Shown: positions 39,513 through 51,842, numbered from the stretch's first letter. The stretch is DNA of 64,000 bases from Squalus acanthias (GCA_030390025.1 CM059433.1:30816001-30880000), one strand, 5' to 3'. Notes: generated by a model from the sequence alone, not told the origin. Numbers and translations are program-made.

Positions 39513-40629
39513 TCCAGGATTGCCCTGGAGTCACCAGGAATTAAAGGTTAATTTCCAGGACACTGCCGCGAGCAAACCGGGAGAAAACTCATAGGGGCTC
39601 TCAAAAAAAATGGCCTGGATTTTCCGGGGCCTATAACCGCGTACGCAGGCCGTAAGTGTTCCGCAAGTTCCGGGTTTCCGCATGTGCTGCGCATGCATGA
39701 AAACCCGGAACTTGCGATCTGTGAAGTTTCAGCTTGACAGATCATCCGTATCCCCGGGAAATGGACATCTGCCGCGGAGAGTTGGCTATTTGCCCAACTA
39801 CTGCCCAGCGAATGCCCATGAAACTCTTACGCCTGGTAAAGGCAAGCGTAGGGCCTTCTTTTACCAGCGTATGGGTTTAAATAAATATTAAAATACATTA
39901 AAAAAAAATCATTTAAACCTTCAAAAACCTTTAACAATAGTTTAGGTTATTTTTGGCCCCTTTAAAAATGTTTAACTTTATTTTTCAAAAAATTCAATTT
40001 TTGTTTTAAATGTTAAATTAAATTGTATTTTAATTAATTTTAAACATGTGATGAGTTATTTTTATTTAAGTGGGGTGAAAGTGTGTTTTTTAGCGGATTC
40101 CTATTCCTGCTTATGGGGAATTCCATATGTAAATGAGATCCCCATAAGCATGATGGGAATCCCCCTTTGTGATTGGTTGGGTCGGCCCACATGATCCCAG
40201 GGACACTTGCAAACCGCCTGCGTCCCTGGGATACGTGGGCCTTTATGCAGGCGTATGCCTGCAGGCCCAGGACCACAAGAGTCCGAAGATACGGAGGCAC
40301 CAGGTAGGTGCGTACTCTTCTTGTGGATCGGAGGCATTCGCCCACGGGGAGCCGCCAACATTTCAGGGACAATGTTTTTTCATTTTCTTTGAACACCTAT
40401 TAGTTATAAAAATATTGGAGACAGGGAGAAAAAAGACTGTTTCACCAACTGTCAAGTTTAATCCAATTGGGTATCAAAAAAAGAGTTTGTTCGCTTTCCA
40501 ATTGGCCGTGGGAAGGCAGTGTTCCTGGAGGATGCACCAATGGTGGGAGTGTTTGTGTGGGGCGGTTCGAGGTAAGAGGTCATGTGGTGAAACCTCCAGG
40601 AATACACCCAGCTAGAGTTGGCAACCCTA
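39513..40629. mobile_element. hAT (Blackjack-like) element, left TIR lost, carrying a nested insert
   Basis: Reverse-complement match to 4591-4935; right end GTTGGCAACCCTA; 8-bp flanks ATTACCCA / GTTACCCA. Confidence 0.7.
39612..40370. mobile_element. Harbinger-type MITE nested in the hAT element
   Basis: Ends GGCCTGGATTTT / ACATTTCAGGGAC (imperfect); 3-bp TSD AAT; the host sequence rejoins across it. Confidence 0.7.
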
Positions 40630-42384
40630 GTTACCCAGCTGGTGTGCCTGGGTCTGGAAACTTACATAGAATTTACAGCACAGAAACAGGCCATTTGGCC
40701 CAACTAGTCCATGCTGGTGTCTATGCTCCACACAAGCCTCCTCCTACCCCTCTTCATCTAACCCTATCAGCATAACCTTCTATTCCTTTCTCCCTCGTGT
40801 GTTTATCTAGCTTCCTCTTAACAGAAACGTGTCTCCTGTAATGAGCCTGATCAGATACCTGAGATACAATGGCGTTGGCTTTGTTCCCTCTGCATGAGCT
40901 GCTCTTCCTCCTCTGAGTTCATCACTACCATTAGAAGGTCCAATGGAACTCTCACCCTGAGCACTGTTCCTTTTGCAAATGAAGCATCTGCTGTCATTTG
41001 ATGTAGTCTAGCACAGGTAGCTGCAGAAGGAGTCTTGCAAAGCAAAAATTCAGCAGCAAACACCAGCGACAAGTTAAGCAGCGGAGATAATGTAGATACA
41101 GCCATGTGAACTATCAATCACAACCTTTAAGAGGCGACCATCTAAAGCCCGAGTTGGAAGTCCCAGCAGTGCCTGTTTCAAATGGACGAACAGCGGCGAG
41201 CAAGTGATTAAAATGGCTGATTTCAGCGTGGGATCGATCGACATTCAATTGACTAAAATTAGGAAGCCTAATGAGGCTCGTGCGAGAACCTTGCAAAAAG
41301 TCTGAAGCATTATCTCTTGCCGAATTTGGCAGCTTGCAAATCAGGTACTCTGGACTATTTCGTAATTAGGCCAAGCATGCTCCCAGAATGTGTGGGCTTG
41401 AGTACTGAACACACTATTGCTAAATCGGGACTATTATTTCCCCCCCTCGCCCCCCAAATTCATTCATATATTTATTGTATAAACAAATACCAAGATTATC
41501 ATTCAGAAAATAAACCTCTCATGATGCAGCAGACATAACTTTCCTTCATGTGTGCTATCTGTCAATTATGTGGTTCTGCCGCACACGATAACTTATTTTC
41601 CATAATCCACTGGATAGCTCATCAGGATCCTCCATTTATCTGTAATTGCTCCATCCCTGTGGGAACCCTGTTTTGTCAGCTACATGAGTCGCTTGCTGCT
41701 GATCTGTCACTTCAAGTTTCAAACATTACATCTTGTCACTGAGATGACAGCACCAAAGGAGGCCATTCAGCCCATCACACTGGTGTTGGTGCTAGTTCTT
41801 CAACTGGAGCCGTGCTCTCTAATCCCGTTATCCTGCTCTTTGTCGGTTAAATCAGACTTATTGCATTCACTCCACAAATCCAATCCAATTATGCTTCACA
41901 GAGAGGATAGAAACCCATCTAATTAAAGAGTCGGAATACAGTCATTGATGCAACTGGAGCCATGCACCAGCACTTTTGGTCACGTCTGCATACAGTGCAC
42001 TATCTCCGGTCCACCTGTCATCAAATACTTTCAAATTCAAATTCGCAACATCATACAGCATTCCTTAAACCATGAATGATGATCCCCCGCTGATACTAAT
42101 ATTCATATTTTAGACCACATTGATGGTATCGAAAAGCATATGTATTTTTGACATCATCTGATGATTGAAGTACAAATCGCTTGGAGACAGATCTAGAGAA
42201 ATGGGTAACAAATTGATTCAATACTCAAGGCAGGATACAGAGGAGGCAATCACGTCACCTGTAAGGCTTCACTAGATTGCTTTGTCTTTTTGAACACTAG
42301 CTGGAGATGCCCAAGCGGTTATTTTTCTATATTTGATGGTCTTTTCCCACAATAAAAAAAATATTTTTCAGCAAAAATAACTTT

Positions 42385-42755
42385 CAAGTCTTCCATGGCC
42401 TCGTCCCTCCCTATCTCCATAACCTCCTTCAGCCCTACAACCCTCCGAGATCTCTGCGCTCCTCCAATTCTGGCCTCTTGAGCATTCCCGATTTCCTTCG
42501 CTCCACCATTGGCGGCCGTGCCTTCAGCTGTCTAGGCCCTAAGCTGTGGAATTCCCTCCCTAAAGCTCACTGCCTCTCTCTCCTCCTTTAAGACACTCCT
42601 TAAAACCCACCTCTTTAACCAAGCTTCCCTAGCCTAATATCTCCTTACGTGGCTCGGTGTCAAATTTTGTTTGATAACGCTGCTGTGAAGCACCTTGGGC
42701 CGTTTTACTACATTAAAGGCGCTATATAAATGCAAGTTGTTGTTGCTGTTGTTTA
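42385..42755 (+). mobile_element. L2 LINE 3' end
   Basis: CATGGCCTCG..CCCTCCCTATCTC...GGCGGCCGTGCCTTCAGCTG...GGAATTCCCTCCC...AAATGCAAG(TTG)n. Confidence 0.8.
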
Positions 42756-43429
42756 ACAGGCATAAAATGGGCACCTCGTGTTCCAATATGGCGGGTGCCG
42801 TGCACGTTCATTCCACGCTGGAAGTGCGCCATAAGCGATATCGGTAAAGGCTCCTGCATTGACTTCCAGGGCATGCATGTGAAACAGCTGGTAGTCCCTT
42901 TGAATATGCAAATTGGGGGCCTAGCGGCTGATGGAGACCCCCTTTGCAAAATTGGCTTGTGACTGACCGCAGTATGTAAATTTGCGAGTTTCCCGGAACT
43001 CTCCATACAACCTCGGCCGATCTAGTGCCCTCCGGAACAAGCAAATTGCCTGTGGGGCCATGACTGGTGCCTTCAACTCGCCGGTAATGAACAAAGGAGG
43101 CTGGAGGACCAATTTCCCATGGTTCTACCACCGGCCTGATTAGGATGGCAGCCCGCTCCGGCAGTTTGTCTTTCCCGGCCCGTGCCGGCCATTCATTTGG
43201 GTATGGTCACCTCTGCCCAAATTCCCAATTTGCGTTTGTGTCGTGTAAAGTAAAAAGGCAGGAGCCAAAGGCAGGAGTCCACTTTGAGTTGTGGATTTTC
43301 ACTAGTTGTGGGTGAGAGGAACTGAGCTGTTTCTTCTGGTAACTGCACACAAAAAAAAGCGCACCTGAGCTATACTATTAGGTCTGCTTGCTTTCAGTTC
43401 TGACAAAAAGGAGCTATTTGCAAATGACG

Positions 43430-43612
43430 ATAGCAAAATACTGCAGATGCTGGAAATCCGAAATAACAACAGAAAACGCTGGAAAAACTCAGCAGGCGAG
43501 GCAGCATCCGTGGAGAGAGAAACAGAGTTAATGTTTCAGGTCGAGACCTTTCGTCAGAACTGGAAACAGCAGGAAATCAAATAGATTTAAGGCAAGGATA
43601 AAGCTGGGAAAA
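43430..43612 (-). mobile_element. Solo PLE 3'-terminal (pLTR-like) insert, 183 bp
   Basis: Reverse-complement match to about 49540-49708; flanked by the direct repeat TATTTGCAAATGA(C/T)G (43415-43429, 43613-43627). Confidence 0.8.
43526..43561 (-). ncRNA. Minimal hammerhead ribozyme motif with a stem III mismatch
   Basis: AGTT-CTGACGA-A-AGGT-CTCG-ACCT-GAAA-CA-TT-AACT. The AACGTT palindrome of the 49.6-kb copy is AACATT here (position 43532). Confidence 0.65.
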
Positions 43613-46224
43613 TATTTGCAAATGATGCTGGGTGAATTAAAATTTCCAAGAATGAGTTCAAATAGAATTTTGTGTGGTAAGGATATCAAGAAATATGGAG
43701 CTTAGTCAGGCAAGTGGAGTTATGATACAGATCAGCCATGATCTAATTGAATAGCGGAATAGGCTTGAGGGGCTGAATGGCCTACTCTTGTTCCTATGTG
43801 GACAGAGCAGTCACTATGGGGCTACATTTAATGTCAGCAGAGCGCTAACTATGCCATCGCGCCTCTGTTAAGGTGAGAAAGATTAATAAATTAAATTTAT
43901 TTCTGTTTACCCCAATGGACCAGCTGTGAACCATTTGGAACGTCACCTTACACTGGTTGTAGTTACAGCAGGTGTGAGGCCAAAAGGGGGGCGAGACAAC
44001 CTCCTGGGGAGGGACTCGCATCTCTTGCCTAATTGTCATTTGAGCGACTTCACACCTGAATTACACTGCACAGTTTGTGAAGCCAGCACCACCTAGCAAT
44101 GGTACAAACGGTGCACCACAACTGGCTTCTTGATTAGCCTTGTCGTTCATTACAGAGCTTCCCTGCTACATCAGACAGAATGGATTCGATTTTCTGACTG
44201 GCGCCACAAGTTGTTTTACTCCGTTAAAGGCAGTACATAAATGTAAGTTGTTGCTGCTGTTGTTGTTGAAGGAAGCCATCAGTATTCTTTAGGTGCAAAC
44301 AGTTAAGTAAGTTATGGAGCTTGATAGACATTTGATGGATTTCACTAAAGGGTTTTTAGCAGGTGTGTGAATTAGTCTGTTCAGACAAATCCCAGATGAG
44401 TAACTGTCATAAAGGCTCCACTTGAAATTGTTCTCAATTTGGAGGCAAAGAGAAAAGTAATTCTGGCTGCCAAATGTAATCTTTCCCCACCGTGTATAAT
44501 ATCTCCTGTTCCCTTTTTACGGAGAAGCTACTTGCACATCCAGCATGCAACTCTGCCTTTACTGTCCTGTTACTGCATTATGGCACTGAAATTGGTGAAA
44601 ACTGTCAGAGGCTTTCTTTTCATTCTTTAAACATGCTCAATTTTCAGTCCATCCTCATATTTTAGTACGGAGCGGTCCTCCGCGTACTGAAGCGCATTCC
44701 TCTCACACTGATGGGAAATTTCAAACGGCATTTTAATATCCTTCTTGTGGCTAAGTTGAGAACCCAAAGTGCCCCCTAGAATGGCCAATCCAGGCTGCCC
44801 ACTCAGCTCCGGTGGTGACAGTAATATACACAAGAGGCTGCTGTGACTATGCACTGCAGCTGTAGCTCGAGAGCGAGTAACCTATCCACAGCATGTCTTC
44901 GGATTAATTCTGACTCTCTCTGATGTACCTTTTCAATCGCACACCCCAGGACTTTTTCTTTAATCCACTCCTGTTGCGTGGCTCATTGTGAGCTTGAAGA
45001 GGTTCTGTTTGATGAGGTGGCTCCGCCAAGCCACAGTGGCAATCGTTCCTCTCCTAGTTAGTCTCATTTCCCCAGCAACAGGGTTTCACACCCACTTTCT
45101 TCTACACCCCACTCAACTTGGTCTCTCCCAACCCCGCATCTCGTTTCCACAGATTCTACTCCCACAACAGCTTCTCTTTCTCCACCCACAACGAGGATAC
45201 AGAGGTTTAGTGGTTATGTCACAGACTAGTATTCCTGACCCAATAGCATCTCTCTCTAATAGCTCAACTGCATCCACAAAATTGTCTTTCTCTTCTCTCC
45301 CAAGTGTCTCTTTCTGCTTCCCTCCCCCAAAAATGTTTTGTTCCCTTTTCCTTCCCCAGGCTATCCTTCCTTTTCTCTTTCTCCCAAAAGTGACTGTTTC
45401 TCTCTCTGATGTCCCTGCATGTGGGGTTTTTCATAACCTGTTTTCATCCCACTTCCCACTCAATAAAGTGTCTCCCGCTCTTCCCCCCTCCCCGCCTCAA
45501 CAGATTCTCCATCCTCTTTTAAAATGGTCTTCCCTCCCCAACAGCTTTTCTTTCTCTTTCGCCCAGAACAGTGTGTCTCTCCTCCTTTCTTGCCCTCATT
45601 TGCTCAAGATCCACGTGGGAGATGATGGTAGCGGTAGTAGTGTTCTAACGGTCAGGGATTGGAGGGACAGTGCCGAGTGGAGACCTCCTCGCCCTCCATA
45701 TACGTGCCCACACCTGAGAAGGCTTCGGTCTCTGCCGAGGCCGACAAGACCAAGGCTTCATTGCTCTTCTGCTCAACGGCAGATTTTGTGGTCGACCGCC
45801 ATCTTGACGGTGGGAATCCTCCGGGAGCCCACTGTACATAATCAATGATCACAACCCAAGAAAATGGGATGGCGCTGGGGTGGAGTGGGAGGGACAGATA
45901 ACCGTCCCGCTCCTCCACCCTCAAAGAGGACAATTCCACCAATTTTGTTTTAAAAAGAAGAAAAATACAATGAAAACTTGGGTGTCCTATCAAAATGCAT
46001 TATAATTGTTCCAAAAGCCTTCCCTCTGGGCATCAAAAATGAATATGGCACAGATATAATTAGAGTATCGAAGCGGTTTTGCCTGTGCAAAACTTTCTAG
46101 TCATCTTGCAACCACTCGAAAAGGAAGAAATTTCACAGCAGGTTGACAAGAGTGCACACATTCGACCAGCTGCCAACTGCTCAGGTATTAACCCCTCAAA
46201 TCTGACCTGTTCAACATTACACAA

Positions 46225-46650
46225 CAATAACTTGCCTTTAGCATAGTAAAACATCCCAAGGCGCTTCACAAGAGCGCTATCAAACAAAATTTGACACCGA
46301 GCCACATGAGGAGATATGAGGACAGCTGACCAAAAGTTTGGACAAAGAAGTAGGTTTTAAGGAGTGTCTTAAAAGAGGAGAGAGAGGTGGAGAGGGGGAG
46401 AGGGTTAGGGAGGGAATTCCAGAGCTTTGGGCCTAGGCAGCTGAAGGCACGGCTGCCAATGGTGGAGCGATGACAATTGGGGATGCGCAAGAGGCCAGAA
46501 TTGGAGGAGTGCAGAGATCTCAGAGGGTTGTAGGGTTGGTGGAGGTTACAGAGATAGGAAGGGTTGAGACCATGGAGGGACTTGAAAACAAGGATGAGAA
46601 TTTTAAAACCTTTGCATTGCCAGACCGGGAGCTAATGTAGGTCAGTGAGC
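46225..46650 (-). mobile_element. L2 LINE 3' end
   Basis: RSTIGSRAFSCLGPKLWNSLP...SFKTLLKTYFF (46266..46490) and the L2 tail. Confidence 0.82.
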
Positions 46651-47118
46651 ACATCGTGCCAAATCCGGTTTTGTACCTGGTCTGGGTGCGAATAGTATTT
46701 GTGCACAATCAAACATTGTTCTATCCAAGGACGTGATGGCAAATTGGATCAAGTATGTTAAATACTGTAATTAAATGGGAAAGAGATAATATTGCTTTTA
46801 AAGGCTGTAAACATCAAAATCTCGTTGAATATGTAAAATTCGTGAGGGAGATACAAGCATTTTATCTCACATTTAATAAACTAAGCTACAGCTATATCTT
46901 ACATTACCTAATTAAATTGCACATTTATGCTGCTGATTGTCTGCTGTCACTGAATGGGATTAAATATATGATGATACAGCTGAAAGCACTCCGAAGATTT
47001 GATCACTGTTCCCGGCTATAGTTTTGTCTCTTACACTGATCGTCACTGAAACAGAATAAGCAGACTTAATTGTGTGAGCTTATCTCCAGGAATTTCCTCC
47101 CAATCATCTGCCGTAATT

Positions 47119-47282
47119 GGGAGAGGATTGGGGGAGTTTCAGAAACCAGCAAAGGATGACCAAAAAATTGATAAAAAGGGAAAAAATAGAATATGAGAGA
47201 AAACTAGCAAGAAATATAAAAGCAGATTGTAAGAGCTTCTATAAGTATGAAAAAAGGAAGAGAGTAGCAAAAGTAAACGTTG
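47119..47282 (+). mobile_element. CR1 ORF2 internal fragment (APE-RT linker)
   Basis: EDWGSFRNQQRMTKKLIKREKIEYERKLARNIKADCKSFYKYEKRKRVAKVNV. Confidence 0.85.
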
Positions 47283-49042
47283 TAGAAATAAGAGCAGGAG
47301 TAGGCCACACGGCCCCTCGAGCCTGCTCCGCCATTCAATAAGATCATGGCTGATCATCCACCTCAACTCCACTTTCCTGCCCAATCTCCATATCCCTTGA
47401 TTCCCCTAGAGTCCAAAAATCTATCGATCTCAGCCTTGAATATACTCAACGATTCAGCATTCACAGCCCTCTGGGGCAGAGAATTCCAAAGATTCACAAA
47501 CCTCTGAGTGAAGAAATTCCTCCTCATCTCAGTCTTAAATGGCCTACCCCTTATCCTGAGACTATGCTCCCTAGTTCGAGACACTCCAGCCAGGGCAAAC
47601 AACCTCTCAGCATCTACCCTGTCAAACCCCTTCAGAATATTGTATGTTTCAAGTAGATCACCTCTCATTCTTCTAAACTCCAGAGAGTATAGGCCCATTC
47701 TACACAATCTCTCATCATAGGACAACCCTCTCATCCCAGGAATCAATCTAGTGAGCCTTCATTGTACTGCCTCCAAGGCAAGTGTATCCTTCCTTAGATA
47801 AGGAGACCAAAACTGTGCACAGTACTCCAGGTGTGGTCTCACCAAGGCCTTGTACAATTGTAGCAAGACTTCCTTACTCTTATACTCCAACCCCTTTGCA
47901 TTTGCCTTCCTTATTGCTTGCTGTACCTGCATGCTAGCTTTCTGTGTTTCTTGCACGAGGACACCCAAATCTCTCTGAGCACCAGCATTTAAAAGTTTCT
48001 CACCATTTAAAAAATATTCTATTTTTCTATTCTTCCTACCAAAGTGAATAACCTCACATTTCCCTACATTATACTCCATCTGCCACCTTACTGCCCACTC
48101 ACTTAGTCTATCTATATTCCTTTGCAGACTCCTTGTGTTCTCCTCCCAGCTTCCTGTCCCACCTAGCTTTGTATTGTCAGCAAACTTGGATACATTACAC
48201 TCGGTCCCTTCATCTAGGTCATTAATATAGATTGTAAATAGCTGAGGTCCCAGCACTGATCCTTGCGGCACCCCACTAGTTACAGCCTGCCAACCTGAAA
48301 AAGATCCGTTTATCCCTACCCTCTGTTTTCTGTCCGTTAACCAATCCTCTCTCCAAGCTACTATATTACCCCCAACCCCATGAGCCCTTATCTTGAATAA
48401 TAACTTTTTATGTAGCACCTTATTGAATGCCTTTTGGAAATCCAAATATACTACATCCACTGGTTCCCCTTTATCTGCTAGTTATATCCTCAAAAAACTC
48501 TAATAAATTTGTCAAACACAATTTCCCTTTCATAAAACCATGTTGACTCTGCCTAATCATGTTATGATTTTCTAAGTACCCTGATACCACTTGCTTAACA
48601 ATGGATTCGAGCATTTTCCCGACGACTGATGTCAGGCTAACTGGCCTGTAGTTCCCCATTTTCTCTCTCCATCCTTTCTTGAATAGCGGTGTTATATTTG
48701 CTACCTTCCAATCCGCTGGGACCGTTCTAGAATCTAGGGAATTTTGGAAGATCAAAATCAGTGCATCCATTATCTCTGCAGCTACCTCCTTTAGAACCCT
48801 AGGATGTAGGCCATCAGGCCCAGGGGATTTGTCGGCTTTTAGTCCCATTAGTTTCTCTAGTACTTTTTCTCTACTTATATTAATTACGTTAAGTTCCTCA
48901 CCCTCATTAGACCCTTGGTTCCCCACCATTTTTGGTATGCTTTTTGTGTCTTCTACTGTGAAGACAGATACAAAATATTTGTTTCACATTTCTGTCATTT
49001 CCTTATTCCCCATAATAATTTCTCCTGTCTCAGCCTCTAAGG
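47283..49042 (-). mobile_element. CR1 ORF2 RT region through the 3' end, broken into ORFs 48471..48929, 47759..48460 and 47363..47746
   Basis: Begins LEAETGEIIMGNKEM; motifs KSPGPDG, NYRPVSLTS, QHGF, LDFQKAF, PQGSVLGP, FADN; 3' UTR with almost no tail repeats. Confidence 0.92.
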
Positions 49043-49708
49043 TGTTCTGCAAAGCGGTCAGAGACAAAACACAGATTGGGTGACCGCTTTGCGGAACACC
49101 TCCGTTCAGTCCATAAGCGTGACCCTGAGCTTCCGGTCGCCTGTCACCTTAATTCTCCACTCCACTTCCACTCTGATCTCTCTGTCCTCGGCCTCTTACA
49201 CTGTTCCAATGAAGCTCAATGTAAGCTCGAGGAACAGCACCTCATCTTTCGATTAGGCACTTTACAGCCTTCTGGACTCAACATCGAGTTCAACAATTTC
49301 AGACCATAACCTTGGCCCCAATGTTTTCTTTTCTCTCTCACATGACAGCTGTTGATGATTCTGCCATTGTCACTTACACTTCATCTAGAGTCATCTTTTG
49401 TTTCTTAACTTGTCCCATTACCATCTCCTTTCGCCTTGCACCATCATCCCTTTTGTCTTTTAATCTCTCCTGCCTTCCATCCTATCACAGACCTTCCCTT
49501 TTGTTCTTTCCTCCCTCCCCCCTTTCCCTGCCCCACACCTGCTTAAAAATCTGTTACTTCTCCAACTTTTTCCAGTTCTGACGAAGGGTCATCGACCTGA
49601 AACGTTAACTCTGTTTCTCTCTCCATGGATGCTGTCTGACCCGCTGAGTATTTCCAGCATTTTCTGTCATTGTTTCAGATTTCCAGCAACTGCAGTATTT
49701 TGCTTTTG
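49041..49708 (+). mobile_element. Second PLE family: 5'-truncated GIY-YIG C-terminus and 3' UTR/pLTR
   Basis: ETKHRLGDRFAEHLRSV...PVACHLNS...HSDLSVLGL...LEEQHLIFRLGTLQPSGLNIEF (to 49309), pyrimidine-rich UTR, hammerhead motif, end at GCAGTATTTTGCTTTTG. Confidence 0.85.
49574..49610 (+). ncRNA. Minimal type-I hammerhead ribozyme motif
   Basis: AGTT-CTGACGA-A-GGGTC-ATC-GACCT-GAAA-CG-TT-AACT: stem I AGTT/AACT, stem II GGGTC/GACCT, palindromic AACGTT stem III. Confidence 0.78.
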
Positions 49709-50549
49709 TGTCAAACCAGTACGTAATTATTAACCTTAGCGGGCAATTCCGTTTATCTTTTTGTTGAACCTCCTTTATAATCTCTCTGAAATGCATTTAA
49801 TTTGGAAATAATACTGAAGGTTTAGTTGAGAATTTATGGAAAGGTCCTTAACACAGTTCAATGATTTATTCAACTGGAAGTAAACAGCCTTAATTGTGTT
49901 TGTAAATTGCTGGAGTTTTTACTTTCCGTGACAAAGATCTTTCCTTAATGCGCAACACAATTAGTGGCTGCAGCTAGAAATCTTCCATTTGTGCTTAATT
50001 GCACATTACGTGCTGTTGAAGATTTACTGGGTATTTAACAGGGTGTAGCAGTATAAAGGGTATTTTGTTCTGTTAATTTTCTTTCAAATATGTGCAACTC
50101 TCACCTAAAACCAAGTTTATGGAAAGCTGACATGGTGAGTTGGAGGATATGCTGCTTTATAACAATAAGGATGTTTATTAGTATCAACAAGTTACAGTGG
50201 AAGATCAAGTCAAATTCCAGTTTTATTAAATGGTACTCTGGGATTTTATCGTTGCTGCTTTGGGAATCAAATTTCATGATTCTCTATAAAACTGTAGGCG
50301 GCCTGCCTTTAGATTACTTCGCCTATACATTTAATGTTTATCCCTTAGCAGTTTTAAAATACAGGTAATAATCTTGACACAGAGTGGTGAGAATATGGAG
50401 CTCGCTGCCACATGGAGTGGTTGAGGTGAATAGCATCGATTTAAGGGGAGGCTTGATGCATACATGAGGGAGAAAGGAATAGAGGAATGTGGGGGAAGAG
50501 TGGGAAGTGATTGGGAGGAGGCTCATGTGGAGTATAAACGCATGTGGGG

Positions 50550-50711
50550 CAATGTTCCCTCTAATTTTTGTTTGGCCCTGTGCGGCCCCTTTAACGGGCT
50601 GCGCGGGCCATTCAAAGTTCCTCGCATGCGCGGTTTTTCTATTGAAAAGCCGGCTCACTGACTGCGCGGGACCCTCAGAGCACGTGGTCGCATAGCTTAA
50701 AGGGAATGTTG
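50550..50711. mobile_element. ~163-bp hAT-type MITE, copy 2, inside a CR1 3' end (about 50375-50770)
   Basis: TIRs CAATGTTCCCTCTAA / TTAAAGGGAATGTTG; TSD ATGTGGGG / ATGTGGAG. Confidence 0.8.
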
Positions 50712-51662
50712 ATGTGGAGTATAGACCAGTTGGGACAAATGGTCTGTTCCTGTGCTGAAGATTCTACGTTGGTGATTATTAGAGCCTTGTTTACCTTCAA
50801 AATTCAATGATTAAGCTGGTTCTTTTAGGCGCAAAGAAACTAATAGGCACGTTTTAAAAGCTTTTGAATATCATTTTTGTTAACCTACTAAGGAATTGAT
50901 TTATTCCAACATTACGAGCAAATGGTCCTGTATATTTTTTAAAGACACTTTCAGTAATTTAAAATCGGGTTACTCTCAGGTGGTGGATTGACACTGTGAT
51001 CATTTTTTTTTTCAAATTGCATTTTAAAACACTGCCCGATTGTGCTGATGCATGACAGATTTTGGGGGCGATTTTCTGACGTCGGAGGAGGCGGGTTTGA
51101 AGACGGGAAAGGCGGGAAAATCAGATTCACAGAGGTCGGGTTCGGAACCCGCCCCCAACCCACCTCCATGAGATTTTGCCGGTGCCGGATTTGGAGGTCG
51201 GGAAACGCTCCCGCCTCCAGCTGGCCATTGCGCTATTTAACTTCCTTAAATGCTCGTTAAGGGCCTCTCTAAGCCTATTTTGAGAGGCCCTCGTGATTTT
51301 TCGAGCATTTCGGCGTGCTCCACGCAACTCCTGAACCACGCCAGGTAAACCTGGCGGGTTGACTCGTGGGTGGCCTCCTCACTGCTGCAGGTCTAACAAG
51401 ACATTGTTTATTGCAGCAAGGATTACCTGCAGGTGCCAGATCTTGACTTTAAAAGGTCTCTGAGCACTTTTAGAAGGCCTTCCGAAGTCGGAGGTGCTGC
51501 AGCTTGACTCCATCAACTGTGGGACCTCCTTGGAAGACCCTCTCCCCGCTTGCAATGAGCGCTTCCCCAAAGGGTGCATCTACAAGCAGCATGGGAACCA
51601 TTCATTTTCTTTCTGCATGGACCTCAGATGAGGATGAGGACCATCCAGGGCAGCAGTAGAAC

Positions 51663-51842
51663 CAGGCAGCTCAGCAGCAACATCAGCAGGAGCCCCAACC
51701 TCCTGCCCAGGCAGCTCAGCAACAACAGCAGCAGGAGCCCCAACCTCCTGCCCAGGCAGCTCAGCAACAACATCAGCAGGAGCCCCAACCTCCTGCCCAG
51801 GCAGCTCAGCAGCAACATCAGCAGGAGCCCCAACCTCCTGCT
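51663..51842 (+). repeat. 4 x 45-bp tandem repeat
   Basis: Unit CAGGCAGCTCAGCA(G/A)CAACA(T/G)CAGCAGGAGCCCCAACCTCCTGC(C/T); reads QAAQQQHQQEPQPPA in the transposase frame. Confidence 0.95.

Noticed and set aside
40851..41117. Possible very old Harbinger transposase remnant (LNF..., DAxFAK), with similar hints at 36336-36600 and 37878-38296
   Set aside because: Only scattered short motifs across frames. Not supportable without a profile search.
44988..45848. 286-aa ORF as a novel gene
   Set aside because: It runs through pyrimidine-rich low-complexity sequence (Ser/Pro/Leu/Phe bias), has no ATG start and shows no recognisable domain.
7726..49042. Most long CR1 copies lie sense to EYS
   Set aside because: Few copies, several plus-strand CR1 pieces also exist, and one minus copy appears secondarily inverted. 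No real evidence of bias.
49730..50370. AT-rich unique stretch as a candidate conserved enhancer (also 59180-59700)
   Set aside because: Being non-repetitive is not evidence of function. It needs cross-species alignment, which I cannot run.
51663..51842. Regular direct repeats as a possible CRISPR-like array
   Set aside because: Units are contiguous 45-mers with no unique spacers, in frame with a transposase, in vertebrate DNA. It is a minisatellite.
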